A stretch of 64,000 nucleotides of DNA from assembly GCF_009834535.1 (NCBI RefSeq), contig NC_045696.1, positions 120,282,001 to 120,346,000 on the forward strand. The letters run 5' to 3'. The stretch is from Camelus ferus. Taxonomy: Eukaryota. A program made the position numbers and the translations under genes. Shown here piece after piece: positions 14,359 to 27,120 of the stretch (position 1 is its first letter; each line of letters opens with the position of its first letter). Below the pieces are notes generated by a model that was not told where the DNA came from, did not search any database, and saw nothing but the letters and a program-made list of their open reading frames with translations.

Positions 14359-17051
14359 GTACCAGTATATTTTATGATTGTTATTATTTAGGAAAATACA
14401 TATTTTTATGTCTCAACAAATCTTTATTTTAATACATAGAAAGAAGGTATTTATTTACTAAAAAGTCAAGGTAGACAACATTTCTTCATAGTTGGAGGTA
14501 CACAATATCAAGCAAACTTAAGCTCTTAAAGATGACAGAAAGCCATGGGCAAAAGTCATGAATTATGCTACACCTGGCTAGAAAAACTTTAAATATTCAT
14601 TGATTTGCTTAAGTTCCAATGTTCCATGCCTCTGTGAATAGAGTCAACCCATTTGTTTTGTAGGTCAGTCTGTGGGTTGGCCTTAATAAATGGAAGAAAA
14701 GGGAAAAAAAGGAACCCCACAGAGCAAAGTTTATATACATCTGGAATATGAGAGCTAGGGTTTTCTACTCTTCTGTAATTACTAAAAACATCATTCAAAA
14801 AAAGTGTTTTTAGCTCTGTGCTCTGTGACCCTAGGATTCCCTGATGAATTTCGGGGTCACTTTGAAAGAAATGTCCTGCTTGGTTAGACATGTACCAGCA
14901 GGTCTCTCACTGAGAGTGTGGAGGTGGCAGATCATGACTGCTGAAGTCAGCGTGGTTGGCGCCTCCCCTTGTGCAGACCCTCTTTATCAGGCTGGCACAC
15001 CTCCCCCAGCCCCAGCTGCTGGGAGGATCACCTGCCACAGCTCAGGCTGAACCCCACTTTCTCAGGAGAATTGCTCTTGGCTTTTCCAGAACCACCTTAA
15101 CCTGGAGGATATGCCCATAATCCTCTGCTCCTTCCCTCCAGTTCTTGGGGAAGGTCTGCGGCCAATGACGGACTAATAGACGAGGGCAAAAAACTGTCCC
15201 TCTTGCCCCAGAGGGGGACACTCTGCTGGAATGGATGCTCCAGAGTCCCCTTGGATCCAGCCACATCCTGCTTTGCTTCACACTTGCTCCTCTTTCTTTG
15301 CTTCCCCGTGGAAAGCCCTATACCCACGTCCCCATCTCAGATCTCTGTCTGCTCCGACCCAAGATAGCTGCTTACTCCATGCTGTTTCAGAAGTTAGTCC
15401 ACAGACCACTAGGGGCCTTTCCAGTATCACATCATTTATTCTTTTAGAACAGTGTCAAAATGTTTTGGGTTCCACAACCAAAAAAGAAAAAAAAATGTCG
15501 GTTGACCCTGGCATCCAGTTGAGAAAAAAAAAATCTATCGCTAACTTTACAGAGGCCCTCTTGTTTGACATTTTAGCATAAACAAGGATGGTTTCTTCTG
15601 TGAGACCTCCAGAAGACACTTTCCTTGGGATTCTGAGTGATCCTTAACTCTAGGACATAGTCTCAAAGGAGTACTGGTGAGAAAACATCAAGGCTGAACC
15701 ATCACCTTGTTGGGGGTTGTTGTCTCTTATTTTAATAGGGCCAGGCCCTGAGTACGCCGACGTGGTGTTCCTGGTGGACAGCTCCGACCAGCTGGGAGTG
15801 AAGTCCTTCCCATTCCTGAAGACGTTCATCACCAAGATGATCAGCAGCCTCCCTATAGAGGTGGAGAAGTACCGCGTGGGGCTGGCCCAGTATAGCGACG
15901 AGCTCCACTCTGAGTTCCAGCTCAGCGCCTTCAGGAGCCGGGGCGCCATGCTCAACCACCTCAAGAAGAACTTCGGGTTCCTGGGCGGCTCCCCGCGCCT
16001 GGGAAACGCTCTCCGGGAGGCGCACAGGACCTACTTCTCAAACGGAAGGGACAGGAAGCAGTTTCCCCCGATCCTGGTGGTCCTGGCTTCGGCCGAGCCT
16101 GAGGATGCCGTGGAAGAGGCCGCCGAGGCCCTGCGCAAAGACGGTGTGCGGATCGTCTCCGTGGGGACGCAGAGTGTGTCCGAGGAGACCCTGAAGGCCG
16201 TGGCCACGGCCCAGTTCCACTACCGCCTCCGCACGGTCCGAGACCTTGGCGCGTTCTCCCTGAACATGACGCAGATCCTCAAGGAGGCGGCTCAGTCCAC
16301 GGAGGGAGCAGCCCACGCTGAAAGCGCAGGTGAGGCAGCCCTTGGTTGAAGAGGCGCCCCGTCCCCATGGGACGGGCTGCACCCTCCTCTCTCGCAGACC
16401 CCATTCTGGTTTCCGTGATTGGACGTAAGGAAGTACTGGCGGTGTCCGCACCGGGACCCTACTCTCACCCCTTCTGCACTTGCTTCTGAGTTTCCTCCGA
16501 CACAGGAATCCTCTTGTGCTCCCCAGCCTTCCTGCAGCTGAATCACTCCTGCCATCATTTCAATCATTGTGTAAACCTCAGTCCTACTCTCCCGAGGCTT
16601 TCGGTTCAGAGTCCTTTCTTCGGTCTCCCAGTTCCTTGCGTACTTCCCAGGCTGTAAGATTACCGAGTTCTGTGTTGGTTCCACCCCCACATGAACCTTT
16701 AGTACCACGAGGGCAGAACCGGTAACTTCCATTCCCCTCCGTGTTCTTTGGGTCTACGCCGTGCCTGGCAGTGAGCCGGTGCTCTGTTTCTTAATGAGTG
16801 AATCAGTGAAAGTCTTGTGGATAAAGAATAAGATCCTTGTCTGTTCTCTTTCCCTCGTAGTGCTGGGCACGGTGTGAGGCACACAGTAAATACTCAACAA
16901 ATGCTTGTCAATATATAGGGACACTGGGTGGGAACCAACGCCTTAGACAGAGACCGGGTAGAGAAGGGGGCGCTGCGCGCTGTAAGCGCTGCAACGCGGC
17001 AGCCCTGCAGGCGCGCGCGCCATTGGCTCATCCTCTCCTGCGCTGCTTCTC

Positions 17052-17140
<89 letters not shown>

Positions 17141-20100
17141 CTTAAGGTAAAAATCTCTTTCATGAGTGTCACCATCTGCTAAAGAAGTTCAGCCCATTCT
17201 GCCTCCTAGCTGCCCCCCCCCTTTTGAATAGTAAAGTGATTTTATTCTAATAGCTGTAATTACAGTGCTTGTTTGTCGAAATGAAATCTGAAAACAGGTA
17301 TACAGGGCAGCTGATTACTAATCATGTATTCAAAGCAGTAAGAGGTCCCACAACACCAAATAAAGCAGCTCTGAGGTTTCCCCCAATTTGAAGTTGAACT
17401 CCAGCTTCTTCAGTGTTTAGCAAAATACAAAAGAAAAAAGTAGAGGTTATCTTTTTCTTTTTTTCTTTTTTTATTGAGTTATAGTCAGCTTGCAATCTTG
17501 TGTCAATTTCTGGTGCACAGCACAATGCTTCAGTCATACCTGAATATACATAAATTCATTTTCATATTCTTTTTCACCATGAACTACTACAAGATATTGA
17601 ATATAGTTCCCTGTGCTGTACAGTATAAACTTGTTTATCTATTTTATATATACCAGTCAGTATCTGCAAATCTCGAACTACCACTTTATCCCTTTCCACC
17701 CCTCTCCCCCAGCAACCACAAGTCTGTATTCTATGTCTGTGAGTCTGTTTCTGTTTTATATATAAGTTAATTTGTCCTTTTTTTTTATATATATTCCATG
17801 TATGAGTGATACCTTACTGTATTTTTCTTTATCTTTCTGGCTTACTTTGCTTAGAATGACATTCTCCAGGAACATCCATGTTGCTGCAAATCGCATTATT
17901 TTATTCTTTTTTATGGCTGAGTAGTATTCCATTGTATAAATATACCACAGCTTCCTTATCCAGTCGTCTGTTGATGGACATTTAGGTTGTTCCCATGTCT
18001 TGGCTATTGTAAATAGTGCTGCTATGAACATTGGGGTGCAGGTGTCTTTTTGAATTAGGGTTCCCTCTGGATATATGAGGTTATCACTTTTGATGGCAGA
18101 TTCTGTGCTTATGTTTTTCACAGCTAAGACATACATGCTCTGGGCTTCTTGCTTGTTCCTACGTCTTGCTGGCCTTTCTGCCAGAATTCGTCTTCCTTTT
18201 TTTTTGTTTTCAGTAATTTTTTTTTTTATTGAGTTATAGTCAATTTACAATGTTGTATCAAATTCCAGTGTAGAGCACAATTTTTCAGTTATACATGAAC
18301 GTACATATATTTATTGTCACTTTTTTTTTCTCTGTGAGCTACCTACCACAAGATCTTGTATATATTTCCCTGTGCTATACAGTATAATCTTGTTTATCTA
18401 TTCTACACATGCCTGTCAGTATCTACAAATTTCGAACTCCCAGTCTGTCCCTTCCCACCCCCTGCCCCCTTGGCAACCACAAGTTTGTATGCTATGTCTA
18501 TGAGTCTGTTTCTGTTTTGTATTTATGTTCTGTTTTGTTTTTTTTTTTTTAGATTCCACGTATGAGTAATCTCATATGGTATTTTTCTTTCTCTTTCTGG
18601 CTTACTTCACTTAGAATGACATTCTCCAGGGACATCCATGTTGCTACAAATGGTGTTATGTTGTCATTTTTTATGGCTGAATAGTATCCTCTTCCTTTTG
18701 AACCACATGTAACTGAATCTTTTTCTTCATTCACATCTCAACCCAAATGTAATCCTGTCAGAGAGACCCTCCCTGACTTATTTATGTCTCAGATAAGCTA
18801 GTCCTCACCCCACATCCATAGCATAGGGCAGCTCAGTTAGGTCACCTGTTTTGTTTCCTTGCTAGCATTTATTGTGGTCTGAAGGGGTATAATCTATTCA
18901 TCTGACCTGCCTCTAGAATGTAAGCTCCCTGAGGTCAGAGATTTTTCTACTAATTCATGCCTGCATCCCAACACTTGAAAGTGGTGGTGGTTCATACTGG
19001 TGGTGGTGGACTTGGAGGTCTTAGTGGTGGCTGGTGGAGGTGGTGGTAGTGAGAGTGTTGGAGATGAAGGTGGTGGCATTGCTGGAGGTGAGGCTGGTGG
19101 TGGCAGAGTGATGGTTGTTGGTGGTGGTAGTGATTGTTGTTGGTAGGGATAGTAGAGGTGGCGGTAATGGTGATGGTGTTGGTGTTGGTGATCGTGAAGA
19201 CCATGGTGGTGGTGATGGTGGTCAAGTTGGAGGAGATGGTGCTGTTGGTAATGGGGGTCATACTGGTGTTGATGATCACGAAGACCATGGTGGTGGTGAT
19301 GGAGGTGGAGGTGATGGTGGTGGTGGTAGTGGTGGTTATACTGGTGGTGGTGGTCATGAAGTCCATGGTGATGGGATGTGGGAAGAAAATTAGTAAGAAG
19401 CATTCTTCAGTTAGAGGAAAGAGCATTGCAAAGCCTCTGGAGTCAATGATCAATGTAACTTTGTTCAGACTTTTTATCTTTCTTTCAGTTAAAAAAAATT
19501 GCTAACTGCATCTGTCACGACTACTTCTATTTTCACGGATGCCTGTTGACAATCTGCAAAGTGCGTTTCTCACCCTGGGCCGGGGGTTTGTGCTAATCCT
19601 CATGCTTTCTCTCCACAGTTCCCTCTCCCAGGGTGTGTCAGAAAGATTCCCTTGCTGACCTCATGTTCCTGGTAGATGAGTCTCTTGAGACCAGAGAAGA
19701 TCTCCGGAACCTGCAGAGCTTCCTGAGGAACATCTCCTCCTCCATGGGTGTGAAAGAAAACTGCCTGCGGCTTGGCCTGATGAGTTACAGTGACAGAGCC
19801 CAGACGCTTTCTCTTCTGAAATCAAGCACAACCCAATCGGAATTTCAGAAGCAAATTGAGAAGCTGTCTCTGCGGGCTGGAAAATCCAACGCAGGGGTTG
19901 CCCTTGAGAAGCTGAGGGCAGAAGGCTTCTCAGCCTCAAATGGTAGCAGGAGGGCACAAGGAGTGCCTCAGATTGCAGTCCTGGTCACTCACAGACCGTC
20001 CGATGACCAGGTGCGCGAGGCTGCCCTGAGTCTCCGACTGGAGGACATAACTGTGTTTGCCACAGGCATCCAAGGAGCTAACAAGACCCAATTAGAAGAA

Positions 20101-23100
20101 ATAGTGTCTTACCCTCCGGGACAGATGCTCTCCATGCTGAAGTCCTATGCAGACTTGGAAACTTACAGTAAGAACTTCCTGAAAAAGCTCCAGAATGAAA
20201 TATGGTCCCAAATTTCAACTACTTCTGAACAAGTGGAACTTGATAAAACTGGTATGTTTTAAAAAATACTTTTCTTATTATAAAAGTAATCTGAATAGTT
20301 GCCTAGGGCCAGTGCAGGAGCAAGGGCTGACTGTAATTGGATTAGGGATTATGGAAGTGTTCTAAAACCAGATTTTGTTTGATGGTTGCACAGTTTCATA
20401 AATTTCCTAAAAATTATTGAATGGTTGCAATGAATGAATTTTTTAAGCATGCAAATCATACCTCAATAAAATGTAAAAAAAACAATGTTAATTATAAAAT
20501 AGTTTCATGGTGCTGATGAACATAAAGAAGAAAATAAAATCGCCTGTCATCCTAGCTGTCAGATAAAGCCATTCTTAACATTTATTTCTCTTATCTTTTA
20601 TTCTCTTCTCTCTTGACACTCATACACACACACACATTTTTTTTTTAAAAAGGATGTAACATTGTGAATATCAGTGCTGTTGAATGGAATTTTCTGCAGT
20701 GCTGGAAATGTTCCTTCTCTTCACTGTCCAATAAGGCAGCCAAGTATGGTTATTGAGCACCTGAAATGTGGGTAATATAACTGAAGAAATGAGTTTTAAA
20801 TATAATTTAATTTTAATTTCTCTTTATTAGAATAGCCACAGGCTGGTGGTTGTCATATTGGACAGTGCAGGAATGCACTGTTAGGTACCTTGTATCAGTC
20901 ACAATTATAGCTGAGTGTGACTAACAAAAGAAAAAACATAGCAATGATTTAAACAGGATGAAACCTATTTTTTTTTCTGTTTCACACATAAGTCCTAAGG
21001 TAGGTTTAAAAAGCTGGGTGATACACCACAGTGTCAGGGACCCTGTCTCTTTCTAAGTTGTTGTTTTTTGTGTTTGCCTCTGATCTCAGCATCATAATCC
21101 AGGATAACTGCTCCTGGCATTACATTCACATCCAGCAACAAGAACAATGGAAGAGAAGGAAAACGGCAGGTTTCCACCTCCTTTTCTTCAAGGACACTCC
21201 TAGGAATTGCACACACCACCTTTGCTGACATCCCATTGGCCAGAACGTGGTCACGTGTCACACCTCATTGTAAAAATGATGGCTAGAAAGTGTAGTGTTT
21301 ATCTGGGCAGCCAAGTTCCTAGGCAAATACTGGGGACTAATTGGTATAGAAGGGGAGAATGGATGTTGGGGATAACCAGTACTATATGCCTTCCTCACTC
21401 TTCTATGAACCTTATAGAATGAACTTTTGTCCAATTCCTTAAACATTCTTTTGCAACATTTTTTTAAAGATTGGAAATAATATTCCATCTTGTGGATATG
21501 ACATAATTTGTTTAACACCTCCTAAATTGTTGGCTGTAGAAATCATTGTCAATGTTTTGCTCTTACAAAAGCCTTGCAGGGGTTATCATTGTATTTATTT
21601 CTTTATCCTCAACCATGATTTTTTCTCACTTTTTAATCTTTTAAAATTATTTTCCTCCATCATTCAAAGGGAGGATATCCTATTTGAGATGCTCTGTGAA
21701 TCTGCTGTGGTTTTGCTGAGCTCTTCTCAAAGATGCTCAGAGATACTTGCCTAAAGAGACTTGATGTGGCTTTGAATTTATCTAATTTCTGAGATATCTG
21801 TTGCCTTCACACATTTCCCTGCAGATAAAATGCTGCCCAACAATTGGGACTCGAATTTGGCAGCATTCACATGGTAGAGAATTATAATCCTCCAATGATA
21901 TGAAAGTGTTTTTTTTTTAATGGAGGTACTGGGAATTGAACCCAGAACCTTGTGCGTGCTAAGCACACACTCTACTACTGAGCTCTATACCTACCCTGCT
22001 AAGGGTTAATTTTAAATTCAGATTAGTCAATTGAAGGTTTAAGGGCGCACCCTGGGCCAGCCCTGAATTTCCTCTGGCACATAAACATTGCAAGGCAGCA
22101 GCAAGAAACCAGGCCCCTCTTACTTCCTGAGTGATACACAGGGAGTCCCTCAGAGTGGCAGTCGCCTTGGTCTAGTACAAACTTTTAGAGCATAGGAGAG
22201 ATGTGTAGTGTGATCTATCTCAGAGAGTTTGCAGTCATGTGACAAAAAGCTATTATTGTTATAGAATTTCTAAATGGGAAGATACAGGACCGAGGCTAGG
22301 GCAAGGGCCATCCAAGGGGATGGCTATCTTTCAGAAGATCTTAGTAAGTGACTTCTTGTTAATTCAGTGGCTCTCACACATTGGTACCTGAGTTAGATTG
22401 AGTTCCTCAGAAATAGATGGTAGATAAGGAGTCATGTGAAATCAATGGATTAGAAATATACACAGGAAAAACTGGGGGTGGGTAGGGAAGTGAGGATTTG
22501 GGAACATGAGGGCAGGATGATAAGGAAACTCTCAGGGAGGGTCAGATCCACAGAACCAGTCTAGAGACAGCACGGGTGAAACCTTAGAGTCGTCAAGGGG
22601 CAAGGTAACAAGAGAATTTCTATTCCAGCATACTTGAGGGAATATACATTTCCAGACACATTCCAGACACTTTCAACAGCTGGAAAGCAGCCCATGTACC
22701 AGCAGACACAGGTCCTAGCTGTTGGAATGAGAGCACGGAAACTGGTATACACAAAATAGTAAAGGACTTGAGAGGTTACGGGCAGGGCACCCAAAGTGTC
22801 TACTGTGAACTTATCAGAGTTTGCTGCGAAGCTTGTGAGCAATTCAGTGGCCCAACCCAATGACTCTAGTCTCTGTGGGTAGGGCCTAGGCACTTGCATT
22901 TTAGAAAGCTCCCCAATGAACTCACACTAGGAATACTGGAGAACCACTACTGTAGTGAATTTGCCATGGTCTAGAGTTGGGTAGCTAGCTGTGCAGTTTT
23001 AGAGTGGTCAGACAGAGAGAATTCATCAATATTGACGGTCCCTGAGGTACCCACCACATCTGGCACTAGTAGGCATTTCATTTATTAACTAGAACTTTGT

Positions 23101-26100
23101 TCAGTCCAGGGAAGACTCACATTAACCAAACCGAGGGACTGATGTATAACAAAAGGATGGCAATTACCTTTGTAATGGAACTTTTGGTGCTCAGGGTCCT
23201 GGACATTCATGTCCTCTGAGAAATATAGTCTGTCCCTGTAGGCATGTAGACCAGTGAGCAGCTAAATTGTCATCCAAAGAGTGCTGGAGGTTGTAGAATC
23301 AGAGCAAGGGAGTTAGTTTTGTGACTGAAATGTCTAGCGGTATTTAATCAGGGGAATGTAATTTAAAATCAGATATATAGATCTGCATCTCTGCCTCTCT
23401 CTTGACATAATTGTGCAGGTGAGGTCGTGGGCCAGGGGACACATTTTTCTTCAGCACTGTCCAATTGAACTTTTTTGATGGAAATATTCTATAATTATAC
23501 CATCCAGAATGTTAGGCAGCTGGCCACATAGGACTGTTAAGCACCTTGAAATGTGGCTATGACAACTGAAGAGCTTTCTTTTAAATTGTATTTAATTTTA
23601 AGCTGCTTGATTTCACATTTTAATAGCAGTGTGTGACTAGTGGCTAGTGTATTGGACCAGCCCGGCTCCAGGTGGGGTTGGATGGGTCTTGCCATGGTTG
23701 CCTGCTAGGACTCGGGGGTTTTTCTCTACTTCATTGCTGACCACCATTCTTCCTTCTGAAGAATACCTAATTCTTCTTTATTAGCTGTATAAATCCGTTC
23801 ATTCTGTCTGCTGTTAAGTTTTGCTGGCCTGGGATCAACCCTGTCTTTTGCAGATCACTGCTTATCTTTGCCCTAATACTTTACATGTAGATTTCGTAAT
23901 TTAATGCTCAGGGTTACATGTATTTCCAAAATTTCTTATTTCTTAAGGACCAACTCACTGTAGCCTACAGGAGTGTCAGTAGCTATAAATCCCCTCCACC
24001 CAAAAACTATCCAGAAAGAAAATAGTTTTGAAGTGACTAAATTGTCCTGTATTTTAAAGATCCTTCAAAATGCAGAGTAGATAAACAAGATTATACTGTA
24101 TAGCACAGGGAAATATATACAAGATCTTACGGTAGCTCACAGAGAAAAAAATGTGACAATGAATTACATATATGTTCATGTATAACTGAAAAATTGTGCT
24201 CCACACTGAAATTTGACACAACATTGTAAAATGATTATAAATCAATAAAAAAAGTTAAAAAAAATAAACATCCTCAACCTTTTGCGCACATAACCTAAGT
24301 TTTCAAGGCGTGCTGTTTTCTTCTACCCAGTTTCACCGAGGACTAGACAGAGTTGTGAGCAGGCTATTAGGAATGTTAAAGCACTTTCTCACAGAATCTG
24401 CTCAGCACAGGAAGGAACACTGAGAGCTTTTTTATTCAACATTTTTTTGTTGAAATCCTGGGATGTACCAGGCCTACTAGGTGGAAGAGGAAAACTAAGT
24501 CAAGTCTCTGCCCTCGTGGAGATGACATTCTGTGGCCCATGAACAAATGAATAGGGTATTTCAGAAGGTAATGGGCACCATAAGGAAAACAAATGGGGTG
24601 ACTAGAGAGACAGTGATTGCTGTGCTTTAGCTGGAAGGGAAGAGAAGGACTTTTTACTGCCATTTGTGTTGGCACATCATTGAGATGAGAATGAATCAGC
24701 CATGTGAATATTTGGGGGGAAGAGTATTCCAGGAAAGGGGAGGGCATGTGCAAAAGCCCTGGGGCATGTTTAAAGCAGAGAGAGGAGCCCATGTAGTTGG
24801 AACACGGTGAGTAAGATGAAGAACAGCTGGAAACAGGGTCAGAGAGAGAAGCAGGGGGAAAGACCAGGCTGACTTTTCATGTTTAAATTCTAAATGCAGT
24901 AATCAATCATTTAAGTTGAAGAGTAATATGGTCTAGTTCTTGGTTTTTTTTTTTAATTTTGTTATTGAAGTAGTAGTTGATTTACAATTGTTTCAGGTGT
25001 ACAGCAAAGGGATTCAGTTATACATATACATATATATATTCAGACTCTTTTTCATTATAGGTTATTACAAGATATTGAGTATAGTTCCCTGTGCTGTACA
25101 GTAGGACCTTGGTGTTTATTTTATATATAGTAGTTTGTATCTGCTAATCCCAAACTAAATATCCCTCTCCTCCCTTCCCCTTTGGTAACCATAGTTTTTT
25201 TCTATGTCTGTGAATCTATTTTTGGTTTGTAAATAAGATTTGTGTTTTTTTTTTCTTTTTTAGATTCCACATATAAGTGGTATCATATTTGTCTTTCTCT
25301 GTCTGACTCAGTTCACTTAGTATGATAATCTCTAGGTCCATCCATGTTGTTGCAGATGGCATTATTTCACTCTTTTTTTAATCTTGTTTTAAATTTTTTT
25401 TATTGAAGTATAGTCAGTTTACAATGTGTCAATTTCTAGTGTATATCATAATGTTTCAGTTGTATGTATATGTATATATGTTTGTTTTCATATTCTTTTT
25501 CATTGTAGGTTACTACAAGATATTGAATATAGTTCCCTGTGCTATGCAGAAGAAACTTGTTGTTTATCCAGTTTATATACAGTAGTTAGTATCTGCAAAT
25601 TTCAAGCTCCCAATTTATCCCTTCCCACCCCCTTCCCCTGCTGGTAACCATAAGTTTGTTCTCTATATTTCATTCTTTTTACTGCTGAGTAGTATTCCAT
25701 TGTATAAATATAGTACAGCTTCTTTATCCAGTCCTCTTCAATAGACGTTTAGGTTACTTCCTTGTCTTGGCTGCTGTAAATAGCGCTGCCTTGTTCTAGC
25801 TTTAAGTATATTGTTCTAGTTGCTCCAGGCAGAAGAGGTTATTGGGGAAATAAGAACAGAAGGTCATCTATCCCATCCCATTTCTTAGGAAATATAAGGC
25901 AGAAACTGTCTGAAAAGGCAGGTGTCAATACTAGAACGATTTTAACTAAGAGCCTGGATACTTGGGAATCTGGTCCTTACCCTATAATTACTGGCCGTGT
26001 GACCTCAGACAAACCCCTATGTCTCCTTCAGTTTCAATTTCCTCATGAGATTGTAAATTTCAAAGGCGAAAACGGGCATGAATGTGCTTAGGAAAGTGTC

Positions 26101-27088
26101 CAGGCTTCTGAAGGGTCCTCATTCTTTAGAACCTTCCCAGCCTCGTGCTCCTGTGCAAACCCACTTGGAATGTTCACTCCAGATTCTCTGTAATTCATGG
26201 AAAATGCAGTTTCCACTTTACATTTTTCTGCAGGCTGTGTGGATACAAAAGAGGCCGATCTCTATTTCCTCATCGACGGCTCCGGCAGCATTGAGGACAA
26301 ACACTTTGAGCAAATCAAGGCATTTATGACGGCAGTGATAGATATGTTTAGCATCGGCCCAGGCAAAGTCCAAGTTGGCACTGTGCAGTTTTCAGACACG
26401 ACGGAAGTGGAATTTAATATCAGTCACTATTCTAATGATGTGAAATTAAAGCAGGCTGTTTCTAACATCAAGCAACTCAAAGGCGGCACTTTGACTGGGG
26501 CAGCACTGGACTTCATGCTGCGAGTGATCAGGGAGGACAGGAGACACAGGACCACCGAGGTCCCCTGTTACCTCGTTGTGTTGACTGACGGGATGTCAAC
26601 GGATGGCGTTGTGGAACCTGCTGAGAGACTGCGGGCTGAACACATCACCATTCATGCAGTCGGCATCGGGGAGGCCAACAAGATAGAACTACTACAAATT
26701 GCTGGGCAAGAGGAGAGGGTTAGTTTTGGGCAGAACTTTGATTCTTTAAAGAGCATAAAAGACGAGGTTGTTCGCAGCATCTGCAGTGAGAAAGGTAAGC
26801 CAAACAAAAAGGCTTTATTCCCTGTACCTCATTCGTGGCTTCAGGTGGACAAATAGCCAGGCTCAGACAAGGAGCGAGGGGACCAGTGGTCTGGCTGACA
26901 CTTTGCTGACTTCTTTCACAACTGTGGAGGGATTCAGCCCCTCATTTGAAACCCGTAGCCGAGATTGGAGAATCCCTCTACAGACAGCTGTCCTGGGGCC
27001 ATCTTGGAAGTCAGAAGCGGGAAGGTTGCTAAGAGTGTTGTTGCCTTGACAAAGCCCACTTCTGTGAGGGGTAGGAGGCACTATATCC

Positions 27089-27120
<32 letters not shown>

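Noticed and set aside
19187..19375. Regularly spaced direct repeats resembling a CRISPR array
   Set aside because: Only three degenerate units, the spacers are themselves GGT repeats, the context is a mammalian intron, and there are no cas genes.
18894..19505. His-rich, Thr-rich, Val-rich and Gly-rich ORFs of 92-169 aa
   Set aside because: They are all translations of the (GGT/GAT)n low-complexity repeat in different frames, with no splice or homology support.
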